Counted from the stretch's first letter, positions 27,701 through 42,700 are shown. The stretch: 64,000 nt of DNA from Tubiluchus corallicola (GCA_030141605.1 JAQGDQ010000350.1:42098-106097); one strand, 5' to 3'. A program made the numbers and translations. The notes: generated by a model from the letters alone, not told the origin.

Positions 27701-30700
27701 TGGAAAACGAACCTTTTTTCACTGATATTTCCTATACTTTCTTACTATGTAACTTTATAAACAGGTTGCTTTCGCTGTGAACCCGGTTTCGTTCTCGTTG
27801 CCGTTGTTGTTCATGTAATAAGTTTTTGCTAATTTTTCTATTGTGACTTTACAATAGAGTAAGTTATAAGTTCTTTCTCTAAACTTTTACAATAAAATGG
27901 ATTCTACGACAACAATAAACGGAATTTGAATCGACATATCTTGGTAGTTGAGCAGAAAAAGGCTAACTTTGTAATGAAATGATTCTCATTCTTGCTTTGT
28001 TTACCAACTGCTTGAGAATGTTCTTTTATTTTCCAATATTTTCCTTTATCCGCAAAGACATTCTAGAAAATTATTGTGTGGTTTTAGTAGTTTTTGTGGC
28101 CATCTTAGTCACAGCCTGCTTGTGAAATGCTAACGTTTCATGAAGTGTTTAATTAAGGTTTTTGTGGAGTTCTCCTTGCATATTGTGAATAACGAAGGTG
28201 CTCGTGTAAACGGAGCTGTTTACGTGTTGATGTTTGTTTGTGGTGTGTTAGCTGAAAGTAATGTTAAAATTGTACAGTTTACCTTATGTGAACTATTGAC
28301 TGTTTTGTGTTTTAACATGAGTAGTATGTCAGTTTTTCTTTGCATGAATTTCCTGTTTTCTGAAGTAACAGCAGAACAGTTTGTTGACTAAGTAAGCATG
28401 GTTAGGACGAATAGCTGAGTAGTCGCAGTGTGTGCTTTGTGGCCGAAGTTAAGCAACATGAATGGCATTATGTTACTGGATGGGTGTTGTTTTTGCAGAC
28501 TTTTGTTCACGTGTTCAAGGAGAAAGCGCTCGGTGATCTACCGGATGGGCATCTGTGGTTGAGTGTTTTCATGAAGCCACCTCAGAGTGACTTCACAAGA
28601 GTTCAGGTTAGAAGTTCCAATTTCAAGTAAACTGTTTTTCTTCTTGCAAAATGTGCAAGCTTGTTGATGTTGAAGTGATCATTAGCTTTCATACGTTCGT
28701 ATATTTAGTTACATAAGCACATCACTTTACCACGACATCGAAAAGACCACGAAGTTTCACAACATCACAGACCTAACTGGACCTTGTAATGTCAATGCTG
28801 TCAGTTTTAAATAAAAAAATCATGTTATTTAACTGTTGCATCTGGTTTTTCATTTTAAAAGTTATTGGGTTTTTGTTACTGTACGATATGTTTTGCTTGC
28901 TACTCATAGTGATGTTCTAGCACATTATGTTCTGTTTCAACAAGTTGCACGTATGGTGTGTGCAACACTTTATAACATGATCGTGCACATCATGTTTTAT
29001 TTCAAAAATAAAATATGCACTATCTTTACTGTTCTCTTGCACATAATGTTGCTTTTCAACGAGTTACATGTGTGTTATCACAGCTTTTTAGAATAGTACT
29101 CTTGCACATTATGTTCCCTTTCAGCGAGCTACATGTGTCTTATCACTGCTTCTCACAACAATGCTCACGCACATTATGTTTTTTGGCATTCCCACTGATA
29201 ATCCTGAAGATCAAGTAGCATTTCGCAACATACAATTTTCTATAGTACCGGTCATGGTTGGTAAGATTGCTCATATCAATTTCATATCAATATCGTTTCT
29301 CCATGTTATTTCTCAGTAACTTTTATCGTGTTTTAGCATCATTAAGTTAGATTATTAACACTTGATTATCAATATTATCAATAAATTTCATGTAATTCAT
29401 CATGTTTACTGTGTTTATAGTTATTGAGAGTGTCACTATCATCTATCCGGTGCACATATTCCTCGTGCTGTTGTTTCCATGTAACTCATCATGTTTACTG
29501 TGTTTATAGTTATTGAGAGTGTCACTATCATCTATCCGGTGCACATATTCCTCGTGCTGTTGTTTCCATGTAATTCATCATATTTACTGTGTTTACAGTT
29601 ATTGAGAGTGTCACTATCATCTATCCGGTGCACATATTCCTCGTGCTGTTGTTTCCATGTAACTCATCATGTTTACTGTGTTTATAGTTATTGAGAGTGT
29701 CACTATCATCTATCCGGTGCACATATTCCTCGTGCTGTTGTTTCCATGTAATTCATCATATTTACTGTGTTTACAGTTATTGAGAGTGTCACTATCATCT
29801 ATCCGGTGCACATATTCCTCATGCTGTTGTTTCCATGTAACTCATCATGTTTACTGTGTTTATAGTTATTGAGAGTGTCACTATCATCTATCCGGTGCAC
29901 ATATTCCTAGTGCTGTTGTTTCCATGTAACTCATCATGTTTACTGTGTTTATAGTTATTGAGAGTGTCACTATCATCTATCCGGTGCACATATTCCTCGT
30001 GCTGTTGTTTCCATGTAACTCATCATGTTTACTGTGTTTATAGTTATTGAGAGTGTCACTATCATCTATCCGGTGCACATATTCCTTGTGCTGTTGTTTC
30101 CATGTAACTCATCATGTTTACTGTGTTTATAGTTATTGAGAGTGTCACTATCATCTATCCGGTGCACATATTCCTCGTGCTGTTGTTTCCATGTAACTCA
30201 TCATATTTACTGTGTTTACAGTTATTGAGAATGTCACTATCATCTATCCGGTGCACATATTCCTCGTGCTGTTGTTTCCATGTAACTCATCATGTTTACT
30301 GTGTTTATAGTTATTGAGAGTGTCACTATCATCTATCCGGTGCACATATTCCTTGTGCTGTTGTTTCCATGTAACTCATCATGTTTACTGTGTTTACAGT
30401 TATTGAGAGTGTCACTATCATCTATCCGGTGCACATATTCCTCGTGCTGTTGTTTCCATGTAACTCATCATGTTTACTGTGTTTATAGTTATTGAGAGTG
30501 TCACTATCATCTATCCGGTGCACATATTCCTCGTGCTGTTGTTTCCATGTAACTCATCATGTTTACTGTGTTTACAGTTATTGAGAGTGTCACTATCATC
30601 TATCCGGTGCACATATTCCTCGTGCTGTTGTTTCCATGTAACTCATCATGTTTACTGTGTTTATAGTTATTGAGAGTGTCACTATCATCTATCCGGTGCA

Positions 30701-33700
30701 CATATTCCTCGTGCTGTTGTTTCCATGTAACTCATCATGTTTACTGTGTTTACAGTTATTGAGAGTGTCACTATCATCTATCCGGTGCACATATTCCTCA
30801 TGCTGTTGTTTCCATGTAACTCATCATGTTTACTGTGTTTATAGTTATTGAGAGTGTCACTATCATCTATCCGGTGCACATATTCCTCGTGCTGTTGTTT
30901 CCATGTAACTCATCATGTTTACTGTGTTTATAGTTATTGAGAGTGTCACTATCATCTATCCGGTGCACATATTCCTCGTGCTGTTGTTTCCATGTAATTC
31001 ATCATGTTTACTGTGTTTACAGTTATTGAGAGTGTCACTATCATCTATCCGGTGCACATATTCCTCGTGCTGTTGTTTCCATGTAACTCATCATGTTTAC
31101 TGTGTTTATAGTTATTGAGAGTGTCACTATCATCTATCCGGTGCACATATTCCTCGTGCTGTTGTTTCCATGTAACTCATCATGTTTACTGTGTTTATAG
31201 TTATTGAGAGTGTCACTATCATCTATCCGGTGCACATATTCCTCGTGCTGTTGTTTCCATGTAACTCATCATGTTTACTGTGTTTATAGTTATTGAGAGT
31301 GTCACTATCATCTATCCGGTGCACATATTCCTCGTGCTGTTGTTTCCATGTAACTCATCATGTTTACTGTGTTTATAGTTATTGAGAGTGTCACTATCAT
31401 CTATCCGGTGCACATATTCCTCGTGCTGTTGTTTCCATGTAACTCATCATGTTTACTGTGTTTATAGTTATTGAGAGTGTCACTATCATCTATCCGGTGC
31501 ACATATTCCTCGTGCTGTTGTTTCCATGTAACTCATCATGTTTACTGTGTTTATAGTTATTGAGAGTGTCACTATCATCTATCCGGTGCACATATTCCTC
31601 GTGCTGTTGTTTCCATGTAACTCATCATGTTTACTGTGTTTATAGTTATTGAGAGTGTCACTATCATCTATCCGGTGCACATATTCCTCGTGCTGTTGTT
31701 TCCATGTAACTCATCATGTTTACTGTGTTTATAGTTATTGAGAGTGTCACTATCATCTATCCGGTGCACATATTCCTCGTGCTGTTGTTTCCATGTAACT
31801 CATCATGTTTACTGTGTTTATAGTTATTGAGAGTGTCACTATCATCTATCCGGTGCACATATTCCTCGTGCTGTTGTTTCCATGTAACTCATCATGTTTA
31901 CTGTGTTTATAGTTATTGAGAGTGTCACTATCATCTATCCGGTGCACATATTCCTCGTGCTGTTGTTTCCATGTAACTCATCATGTTTACTGTGTTTATA
32001 GTTATTGAGAGTGTCACTATCATCTATCCGGTGCACATATTCCTCGTGCTGTTGTTTCCATGTAACTCATCATATTTACTGTGTTTACAGTTATTGAGAG
32101 TGTCACTATCATCTATCCGGTGCACATATTCCTCGTGCTGTTGTTTCCATGTAACTCATCATGTTTACTGTGTTTATAGTTATTGAGAGTGTCACTATCA
32201 TCTATCCGGTGCACATATTCCTCGTGCTGTTGTTTCCATGTAACTCATCATGTTTACTGTGTTTATAGTTATTGAGGTGTTTTTTTGCACATATTCCTGT
32301 GCTGTTGTTTCCATGTAACTCATCATATTTACTGTGTTTACAGTTATTGAGAGTGTCACTATCATCTATCCGGTGCACATATTCCTCGTGCTGTTGTTTC
32401 CATGTAACTCATCATGTTTACTGTGTTTATAGTTATTGAGAGTGTCACTATCATCTATCCGGTGCACATATTCCTCGTGCTGTTGTTTCCATGTAACTCA
32501 TCATGTTTACTGTGTTTATAGTTATTGAGAGTGTCACTATCATCTATCCGGTGCACATATTCCTCGTGCTGTTGTTTCCATGTAACTCATCATGTTTACT
32601 GTGTTTATAGTTATTGAGAGTGTCACTATCATCTATCCGGTGCTCATATTCCTCGTGCTGTTGTTTCCATGTAACTCATCATATTTACTGTGTTTACAGT
32701 TATTGAGAGTGTCACTATCATCTATCCGGTGCACATATTCCTCGTGCTGTTGTTTCCATGTAACTCATCATGTTTACTGTGTTTATAGTTATTGAGAGTG
32801 TCACTATCATCTATCCGGTGCACATATTCCTCGTGCTGTTGTTTCCATGTAACTCATCATATTTACTGTGTTTACAGTTATTGAGAGTGTCACTATCATC
32901 TATCCGGTGCACATATTCCTCGTGCTGTTGTTTCCATGTAACTCATCATGTTTACTGTGTTTATAGTTATTGAGAGTGTCACTATCATCTATCCGGTGCA
33001 CATATTCCTCGTGCTGTTGTTTCGCTTTGCGCGGAGACATGAGGTGAAGAGTCGTTCCTTGAGGAAACCTACAATATGTTCTGAACACGGGTAAGACCTA
33101 AATTACTAGATTCATGCAACGCAGTCTGCCATTTTCCTGTTTTGCTTCCTGTCTCATTAACAAAAAATAGTGCTAACCTTTTGCTACGATTAAGGCCTTT
33201 TGTTGTTCACATCAGTTCAGTTATTAACGTGGATTCTCTTGTATTGAGTGTTATTAACGTGGACACTCTTGTATTGAGTGTTATTAACGTGGACTCTCTT
33301 GTGTTGAATGTTATTAACGTGGACTCTCTTGTACTGAGTGTTATTAACGTGGACTCTCTTGTACTGAGTGTTATTAACGTGGACTCTCTCGCATTGAGTG
33401 TTATTAACGTGGGCTCTCTCGTATTGAGTGTTATTAACGTGGACTCTCTTGTATTGAGTGTTATTAACGTGGACTCTCTTGTATTGAGTGTTATTAACGT
33501 GGACTCTCTTGTATTGAGTGTTATTAACGTGGACTCTCTTGTACTGAGTGTTATTAACGTGGATTCTCTCGTATTGAGTGTTATTAATGTGGACTCTCTT
33601 GTATTGAGTGTTATTAACGTGGACTCTCTTGTATTGAGTGTTATTAACGTGGACTCTCTTGTATTGAGTGTTATTAACGTGGACTCTCTTGTATTGAGTG

Positions 33701-36700
33701 TTATTAACGTGGACTCTCTTGTATTGAGTGTTATTAGCGTGGACTCTCTCGTATTGAGTGTTATTAACGTGGACTCTCTTGTATTGAGTGTTATTAACGT
33801 GGACTCTCTTGTATTGAGTGTTATTAACGTGGACTCACTTGTATTGAGTGTTATTAACGTGGTCTCTCTTGTACTGAGTGTTATTAACGTGGACTCTCTC
33901 GTATTGAGTGTTATTAACGTTGGCTCTCTTGTATTGAGTGTTATTAACGTGGACTCTCTTGTATTGAGTGTTATTAACGTGGATTCTCTCGTATTGAGTG
34001 TTATTAACGTGGACTCTCTTGTATTGAGTGTTATTAACGTGGACTCTCTTGTATTGAGTGTTATTAACGTGGACTCTCTTGTATTGAGTGTTATTAACGT
34101 GGACTCTCTTGTATTGAGTGTTATTAACGTGGACTCTCTTGTATTGAGTGTTATTAACGTGGACTCTCTTGTATTGAGTGTTATTAATGTGGACTCTCTT
34201 GTATTGAGTGTTATTAACGTGAACTCTCTCGTATTGAGTGTTATTAACTTTGGCTCTCTTGTATTGAGTGTTATTAACGTGGATTCTCTTGTACTGAGTG
34301 TTATTAACGTGGACACTCTTGTTTTGAGTGTTATTAACGTGGACTCTCTTGTACTGAGTGTTATTAACGTGGACTCTTGTGTTGAGTGTTATTAACGTGG
34401 ACTCTCTTGTATTGAGTGTTATTAACGTGGATTCTCTTGTACTGAGTGTTATTAACGTGGACTCTCTTGTTTTGAGTGTTATTAACGTGGACTCTCTTGT
34501 ATTGAGTGTTATTAACGTGGACTCTCTTGTATTGAGTGTTATTAACGTGGACTCTCTTGTATTGAGTGTTATTAACGTGGACTCTCTTGTATTGAGTGTT
34601 ATTAACGTGGACTCTCTTGTACTGAGTGTTATTAACGTGACTTCTTTGAGTGTTATTAACGTGGACTCTCTTGTATTGAGTGTTATTAACGTGGACTCTT
34701 GTACTGAGTGTTATTAACGTGGACTCTCTTGTATTGAGTGTTATTAACGTGGACTCTCTTGTATTGAGTGTTATTAACGTGGACTCTCTTGTATTGAGTG
34801 TTATTAACGTGGACTCTCTTGTATTGAGTGTTATTAACGTGGACTCTCTTGTATTGAGTGTTATTAACGTGGACTCTCTTGTATTGAGTGTTATTAACGT
34901 GGACTCTCTTGTATTGAGTGTTATTAACGTGGACTCTCTTGTATTGAGTGTTATTAACGTGGACTCTCTTGTATTGAGTGTTATTAACGTGGACTCTCTT
35001 GTACTGAGTGTTATTAACGTGAACTCTCTCGTATTGAGTGTTATTAACTTTGGCTCTCTTGTATTGAGTGTTATTAACGTGGACTCTCTTGTATTGAGTG
35101 TTATTAACGTGGACTCTTGTACTGAGTGTTATTAACGTGGACTCTCTTGTATTGAGTGTTATTAACGTGGACTCTCTGTTGGTTTTGTGTTTTGTTGAGT
35201 GTTATTAACGTGGACTCTCTTGTTTTGAGTGTTATTAACGTGGACTCTCTTGTATTGAGTGTTATTAACGTGGATTCTCTCGTATTGAGTGTTATTAACG
35301 TGGACTCTCTTGTATTGAGTGTTATTAACGTGGACTCTCTTGTATTGAGTGTTATTAACGTGGACTCTCTTGTATTGAGTGTTATTAACGTGGACTCTCT
35401 TGTATTGAGTGTTATTAATGTGGACTCTCTTGTATTGAGTGTTATTAACGTGGACTCTCTTGTATTGAGTGTTATTAACGTGGACTCTCTTGTATTGAGT
35501 GTTATTAACGTGGACTCTCTTGTATTGAGTGTTATTAACGTGGACTCTCTTGTATTGAGTGTTATTAACGTGGACTCTCTTGTATTGAGTGTTATTAACG
35601 TGGACTCTCTTGTATTGAGTGTTATTAACGTGGACTCTCTTGTATTGAGTGTTATTAACGTGGGCTCTCTTGTACTGAGTGTTATTAATGTGGACTCTCT
35701 TGTATTGAGTGTTATTAACGTGAACTCTCTCGTATTGAGTGTTATTAGACTTTGGCTCTCTTGTATTGAGTGTTATTAACGTGGATTCTCTTGTACTGAG
35801 TGTTATTAACGTGGACTCTCTTGTTTTGAGTGTTATTAACGTGGACTCTCTTGTACTGAGTGTTATTAACGTGGACTCTCTTGTGTTGAGTGTTATTAAC
35901 GTGGACTCTCTTGTATTGAGTGTTATTAACGTGGACTCTCTCGTATTGAGTGTTATTAATGTGGACTCTCTTGTATTGAGTGTTATTAACGTGGACTCTC
36001 TTGTACTGAGTGTTATTAACGTGGACTCTCTTGTACTGAGTGTTATTAACGTGGACTCTCTTGTATTGAGTGTTATTAACGTGGACTCTCTTGTATTGAG
36101 TGTTATTAACGTGGACTCTCTTGTATTGAGTGTTATTAACGTGGACTCTCTTGTATTGAGTGTTATTAACGTGGACTCTCTTGTATTGAGTGTTATTAAC
36201 GTGGACTCTCTTGTATTGAGTGTTATTAACGTGGACTCTCTTGTATTGAGTGTTATTAACGTGGACTCTCTTGTATTGAGTGTTATTAACGTGGACTCTC
36301 TTGTATTGAGTGTTATTAACGTGGACTCTCTTGTATTGAGTGTTATTAACGTGGACTCTCTTGTATTGAGTGTTATTAACGTGGACTCTCTTGTATTGAG
36401 TGTTATTAACGTGGACTCTCTTGTATTGAGTGTTATTAACGTGGACTCTCTTGTATTGAGTGTTATTAACGTGGACTCTCTTGTATTGAGTGTTATTAAC
36501 GTGGACTCTCTTGTATTGAGTGTTATTAACGTGGACTCTCTTGTATTGAGTGTTATTAACGTGGACTCTCTTGTATTGAGTGTTATTAACGTGGACTCTC
36601 TTGTATTGAGTGTTATTAACGTGGACTCTCTTGTATTGAGTGTTATTAACGTGGACTCTCTTGTATTGAGTGTTATTAACGTGGACTCTCTTGTATTGAG

Positions 36701-39700
36701 TGTTATTAACGTGGACTCTCTTGTATTGAGTGTTATTAACGTGGACTCTCTTGTATTGAGTGTTATAACGTGACTCTCTTGTATTGAGTGTTATAACGTG
36801 GACTCTCTTGTACTGAGTGTTATTAACGTGGACTCTCTTGTACTGAGTGTTATTAACGTGGACTCTCTTGTATTGAGTGTTATTAACGTGGACTCTCTTG
36901 TATTGAGTGTTATTAACGTGGACTCTCTTGTATTGAGTGTTATTAACGTGGACTCTCTTGTATTGAGTGTTATTAACGTGGACTCTCTTGTATTGAGTGT
37001 TATTAACGTGGACTCTCTTGTACTGAGTGTTATTAACGTGGACTCTCTTGTATTGAGTGTTATTAACGTGGACTCTCTTGTACTGAGTGTTATTAACGTG
37101 GACTCTCTTGTATTGAGTGTTATTAATGTGGACTCTCTTGTACTGAGTGTTATTAACGTGGACTCTCTTGTACTGAGTGTTATTAACGTGGTCTCTCTTG
37201 TATTGAGTGTTATTAACGTGGACTCTCTTGTACTGAGTGTTATTAACGTGGACTCTCTTGTACTGAGTGTTATTAACGTGGACTCTCTTCTATTGAGTGT
37301 TATTAACGTGGACTCTTGTACTGAGTGTTGCATTTTATTGCTTAGATTCACCATTCCATCTTCCTTAAGAAAAAGCAGAACAAGTTCCATGAGACGGCAA
37401 TCTAAATTATCGGTAAGTCAACACTATTCAATATGTTGTGTAAAAACATTTGCAATTTTTAGATATAACAATTGTGTATCATTAGTAGGTCCTGTCCGTC
37501 TGCGATAGATCTGTTTCACTCTTACCTTGTCCTCTCTTATTTCTGCATTGCACTACTATTTTACCCAGTCTTCTTTTTTCATTTTTCTCTTTGTTTTGCT
37601 TCGCGGTTTTCTGCTTTTGTTTATCTTTACACTTTATTGCATTTCCAAGTACCTCACTGCACTCGGTGATGTTGCAGTGGTGATGTTGCAGTGGTAATAG
37701 TGAACAGAATGTGCCAAACGTTCATTCCTACATTTTGTAAAAGAGTTTAAGGATTTCTCCAGACACTCCCAGTCGTCTGGACTATTGTTTCTTTCTTTAT
37801 GAAATACCTAATCGATCATATCTTGTTTTTTCCGAAATTTTTTACTAAAAAGTCTCCAAAACACCTAAAATTCATCAATTTGTGCCCTTGTCGGGCGCTG
37901 CTTCATACCTTTTTGAGGAAGTCTCCAGTGTGCCACCCACTCCCCTAGTGTGTGTTTAGAGATCTCCATTACTTTTTAAAGCTAATATCACCACTGCTTT
38001 TACCATATCTGTTCTATTCCATGTCATTCCACAATGTTTATTTTGTTCTGTCCCATGCCATTCTACTGTATTAATTCTCTTTTCTTACCTTTAATTTCCA
38101 CCTCTTTTTCGTGTAAAGGTGGAAAGTGAAACTTCGAGCAAGAGGCGCTGGGAAGCCAGGGACCTGAACTTCGGACTGTTGCTCCCATTTGAAACGGAAG
38201 ACGACTGGCTGGAGTGGGTCAGGCGCACGGGTCAGACACTAGACTCTGATCTCCGGGAAGTTTCCGAGCAACTTGATGGGACGTGGATAGTACTTCAGGA
38301 ACTGAAACGAAGCATTGACTGTGACACCGACCAACCATCCGAACTGTGCTCGGAAACCGGGCCGTACCGTTGCATTCATCGCGTTGATCTGAAAAAGGCA
38401 AAGAAAAAGCTTTCAAGGGTCACGGCAATGTCTGGTGACATGATTGATGATGACCGCGATCCTCTCCCGTTCCCGGATTGCTTGTATACTTGTGCCACAA
38501 AAGAAACGTCGTCATCATTCTCGTTGCCGTGGTTTTGCGTTTACATCGGATGGTTCATTGCCGTATTCCTTTCACTCTTGTGTTCGTACCTAGTCATGCT
38601 GTACGGTCTAAAGTTTGGTTATGCTAAGAGTGCTGACTGGGTGATGTCTATGATTCTGTCCGTCTTTCAAAGTATCTTCATCTTTGATCCACTCCAAGTC
38701 GTCTTGTACGCCGCCATCGTTGCCTACAACTTTCCCAGGCCTTGGGAATTCAAGCATAGCAAAGTTGACGTACCAATTCTGCAAGAAGATTACGAGTGGT
38801 TAGAGGAATGGCATGAGAAGTACAGCAGGTACTTTGATCATGAAAGATAAAACTCTACATATAACTGATTGACCCCTAACAAAACGACTTCTCAATATGT
38901 TTTCGTTGTTTACAATGTTTGCAAAGTATGTAGCTTATTATATGCTGCTTATTTTTCCTATTTTCCTATTTTGGAAGCAGGTAAACTAATTAGACTGTAA
39001 GACTTGCATGACAACGTAAAAGTTCAAAACAATGTTGTATCTGAACACAAACTTGCTTGATTGTGGTAATTTGTGTTGATTCGACCTCGTATCTGAACAC
39101 AAACTTGCTTGATTGTGGTAATTTGTGTTGATTCGACCTCGTATCTGAACACAAACTTGCTTGATTGTGGTAATTTGTGTTGATTTGACCTCGTATCTGA
39201 ACACAAACTTGCTTGATTGTGGTAATTTGTGTTGATTCGACCTCGTATCTGAACACAAACTTGCTTGATTGTAGTAATTTGTGTTGATTCGACCTCGTAT
39301 CTGAACACAAACTTGCTTGATTGTAGTAATTTGTGTTGATTTGACCTCGTATCTGAACACAAACTTGCTTGATTGTAGTAATTTGTGTTGATTTGACCTC
39401 GTATCTGAACACAAACTTGCTTGATTGTAGTAATTTGTGTTGATTCGACCTCGTATCTGAACACAAACTTGCTTGATTGTAGTAATTTGTGTTGATTCGA
39501 CCTCGTATCTGAACACAAACTTGCTTGATTGTAGTAATTTGTGTTGATTTGACCTCGTATCTGAACACAAACTTGCTTGATTGTAGTAATTTGTGTTGAT
39601 TCGTCCTCGTATCTGAACACAAACTTGCTTGATTGTAGTAATTTGTGTTGATTTGACCTCGTATCTGAACACAAACTTGCTTGATTGTAGTAATTTGTGT

Positions 39701-42700
39701 TGATTTGATCTCGTATCTGAACACAAACTTGCTTGATTGTAATAATTTGTGTGGAGTTCGACCTCGTATCTGAACACAAACTTGCTTGATTGTAGTTTTC
39801 ATTCACAGATCGATTTTCGTCTGAAAAAACTGAAACATAAATGGGTGTGCAGTGTGGAAAAAGTTGCATTGTTTGTGTGTGAGTGCGTGTTATGTATGTA
39901 CGTGCATGTGTGCATGTGTGTGTGGGTGCTCGCATGCAAGTGTGAGTGCGTGTTTTGTATGTACGTGTGTGTGTGTATGTGTGCGTGCATGCATGTCTGT
40001 ATGGGTGTTCGCATGCAAGTGTGAGTGCGTGTTATGTATGTATGTGCGTGTGTGTATGTGTGCGTGCATGCATGTATGAGTGGGTGTTCGCATGCAAGTG
40101 TGAGTGCGTGTGTGCATGTGTGTGTGCATGCGTGTGTGTATGGGTGTTCGCATGCAAGTGTGAGTGTGTGTTATGTATGTACGTGCGTGTATGTGTGTGT
40201 GCATGCATGTGTGAGTGTGTGTTATGTATGTACGTGCGTGTATGTGTGTGTGCATGCATGTGTGAGTGGGTGTTATGTATGTACGTGCATGTGTGTATGT
40301 GTGTGTGCATGCATGTGTGAGTGGGTGTTATGTATGTATGTGCATGTGTGCATGCATGCGTGTGTGTATGGGTGTTCGCATGCAAGTGTGAGTGTGTATG
40401 TGTGCACAGAATGAGTGTTTTCATCATCTTCAATTAATGTGCCACACCTATTACCTAATTGCCTTAAGCATTATGTCTCTCTCAATGTGCATTCTGGATT
40501 ATACCCCACAGAACGGTACAGAGTTTTTCTTCCTCGATTAATTAGCCGTGACGTCCTAATAAGGGTGTGTGTTGCTGCAGTAAAAAAAATTTAATTTTTG
40601 TCACAGCATGTGAGAGAGAAATGATTAGACTTAAACTAAACTAAATCACCAATCAAACTATGTTGATTAAATTTGTTCAAACTGAATCTGATCTGAATAT
40701 GACTAATATTTGGTTTAGCAAATGGAGCTCTATCAGGTAGTCTGTACACTAAGCTAGATTTTCATTGCTAATCGTCTGTTTCAGTACCGTAAAGAAGCAT
40801 CGTAGTCAGTACACGTTCATTCCTCCCACCATTGAGCTAATCATCTGTTTCAGTACCGTAAAGAAGCATCGTAGTCAGTACACGTTCATTCCTCCCACCA
40901 TTGAGCAGGTGCTGAAAGCGAGGGAACACCGGAAGCACCAAAAAGTGATGAGTGACACCACCTGGGAGTTAGCTCTCTTCCTTCTTTTCATCTTCTTTCT
41001 GTCCAACATCGTCTATCGATTTCGTGATGAGAGGTAAGAGGAAACAAGACCTCTGGCAACTCGAGGTATCGGAGTACAGTAAAAAGCTGATAATATGATT
41101 ACATGTCAGATATTGAATTCACTGTTTTGCTGGGGCAACTAGATATTTCTGTAGATGATCGTTTTTGAACTGAATGAGGTGTAGTTGTCACGGAACAAAT
41201 TTATAGTAATGAATTCCATAGATATGAAGCTCATTTCTCTTCAGTTGTTTTTTATTTGACTGATTTGCAACACAAAACATTAAACAATTTACTTAATGAT
41301 AATAACAATACAATAGTAAAAACAGAAATGGTTTGGAAATCGTACAAACCAGCCTCGAGTAGAGTAGGAAGATGAGCTTTCAAGACTCACCACTAGATGG
41401 CGCAAACACATTCATGGTGCAGACAGAGTATTACATACAAAATAGTTCAAAGTTTTAAAACAGTATTCAGTTATAAAGACGATGAATGATAATAATACAC
41501 ACAAATGAGATTAGAGGTAATTAGAAAAAGCTCTAGCAACGAAAAACTAGGTCTGTGAAGCACACAGTAAAACACTTTTTGTGTATTCTAAGATTGCATG
41601 CATGTATCTTTAGCTGCAATTCACTGAATTGTAAATAACTTTTATGATTTTCATCTACTTTATAAACAAATTTCGGAAAAGAATGGATGGGGAGAAAAAC
41701 AGTGTCATTTGGGTACATAGCAAAATGCTAATATTTTTCTCCTGTCTACAAGAGTGGATGAGGAGAAAAACAGTGTCATTTGGGTACATAGCAAAACGTT
41801 AATATTTTTCTTCTGTCTACAAGAATGGATGGGGAGAAAAACAGTGTCATTTGGGTACATAGCAAAACGTTAATATATTTCTCCTGTCTACAAGAATGGA
41901 TGGGGAGAAAAACAGTGTCATTTGGGTACATAGCAAAACGTTAATATTTTTCTTCTGTCTACAAGAATGGATGGGGAGAAAAACAGTGTCATTTGGGTAC
42001 ATAGCAAAACGTTAATATTTTTCTTCTGTCTACAAGAATGGATGGGGAGAAAAACAGTGTCATTTGGGTACATAGCAAAACGTTAATATTTTTCTTCTGT
42101 CTACAAGAATGGATGGGGAGAAAAACAGTGTCATTTGGGTACATAGCAAAACGTTAATATTTTTCTTCTGTCTACAAGAATGGATGAGGAGAAAAACAGT
42201 GTCATTTGGGTGCATAGCAAAACGTTAATATTTTTCTTCTGTCTACAAGAATGCATGGGGAGAAAAACAGTGTCATTTGGGTGCATAGCAAAACGTTAAT
42301 ATTTTTCTTCTGTCTACAAGAATGGATGGGGAGAAAAACAGTGTCATTTGGGTACATAGCAAAACGTTAATATTTTTCTTCTGTCTACAAGAATGGATGG
42401 GGAGAAAAACAGTGTCATTTGGGTACATAGCAAAACGTTAATATTTTTCTTCTGTCTACAAGAATGGATGGGGAGAAAAACAGTGTCATTTGGGTACATA
42501 GCAAAACGTTAATATTTTTCTTCTGTCTACAAGAATGGATGGGGAGAAAAACAGTGTCATTTGGGTACATAGCAAAACGTTAATATTTTTCTTCTGTCTA
42601 CAAGAATGGATGGGGAGAAAAACAGTGTCATTTGGGTACATAGCAAAACGTTAATATTTTTCTTCTGTCTACAAGAATGGATGGGGAGAAAAACAGTGTC

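Noticed and set aside
33142-37508. Long ORFs of ([10 protein letters not shown])n / ([10 protein letters not shown])n, up to 417 aa
   Set aside because: By-product of a stop-free 30-bp unit. Indels shift frame freely, and the array lies in an intron bridged by phase-compatible exons.
38986-40433. 263-303-aa minus-strand ORFs and CV/HT-rich ORFs
   Set aside because: The 52-bp repeat is open in all three frames and the rest is TG microsatellite; non-coding.
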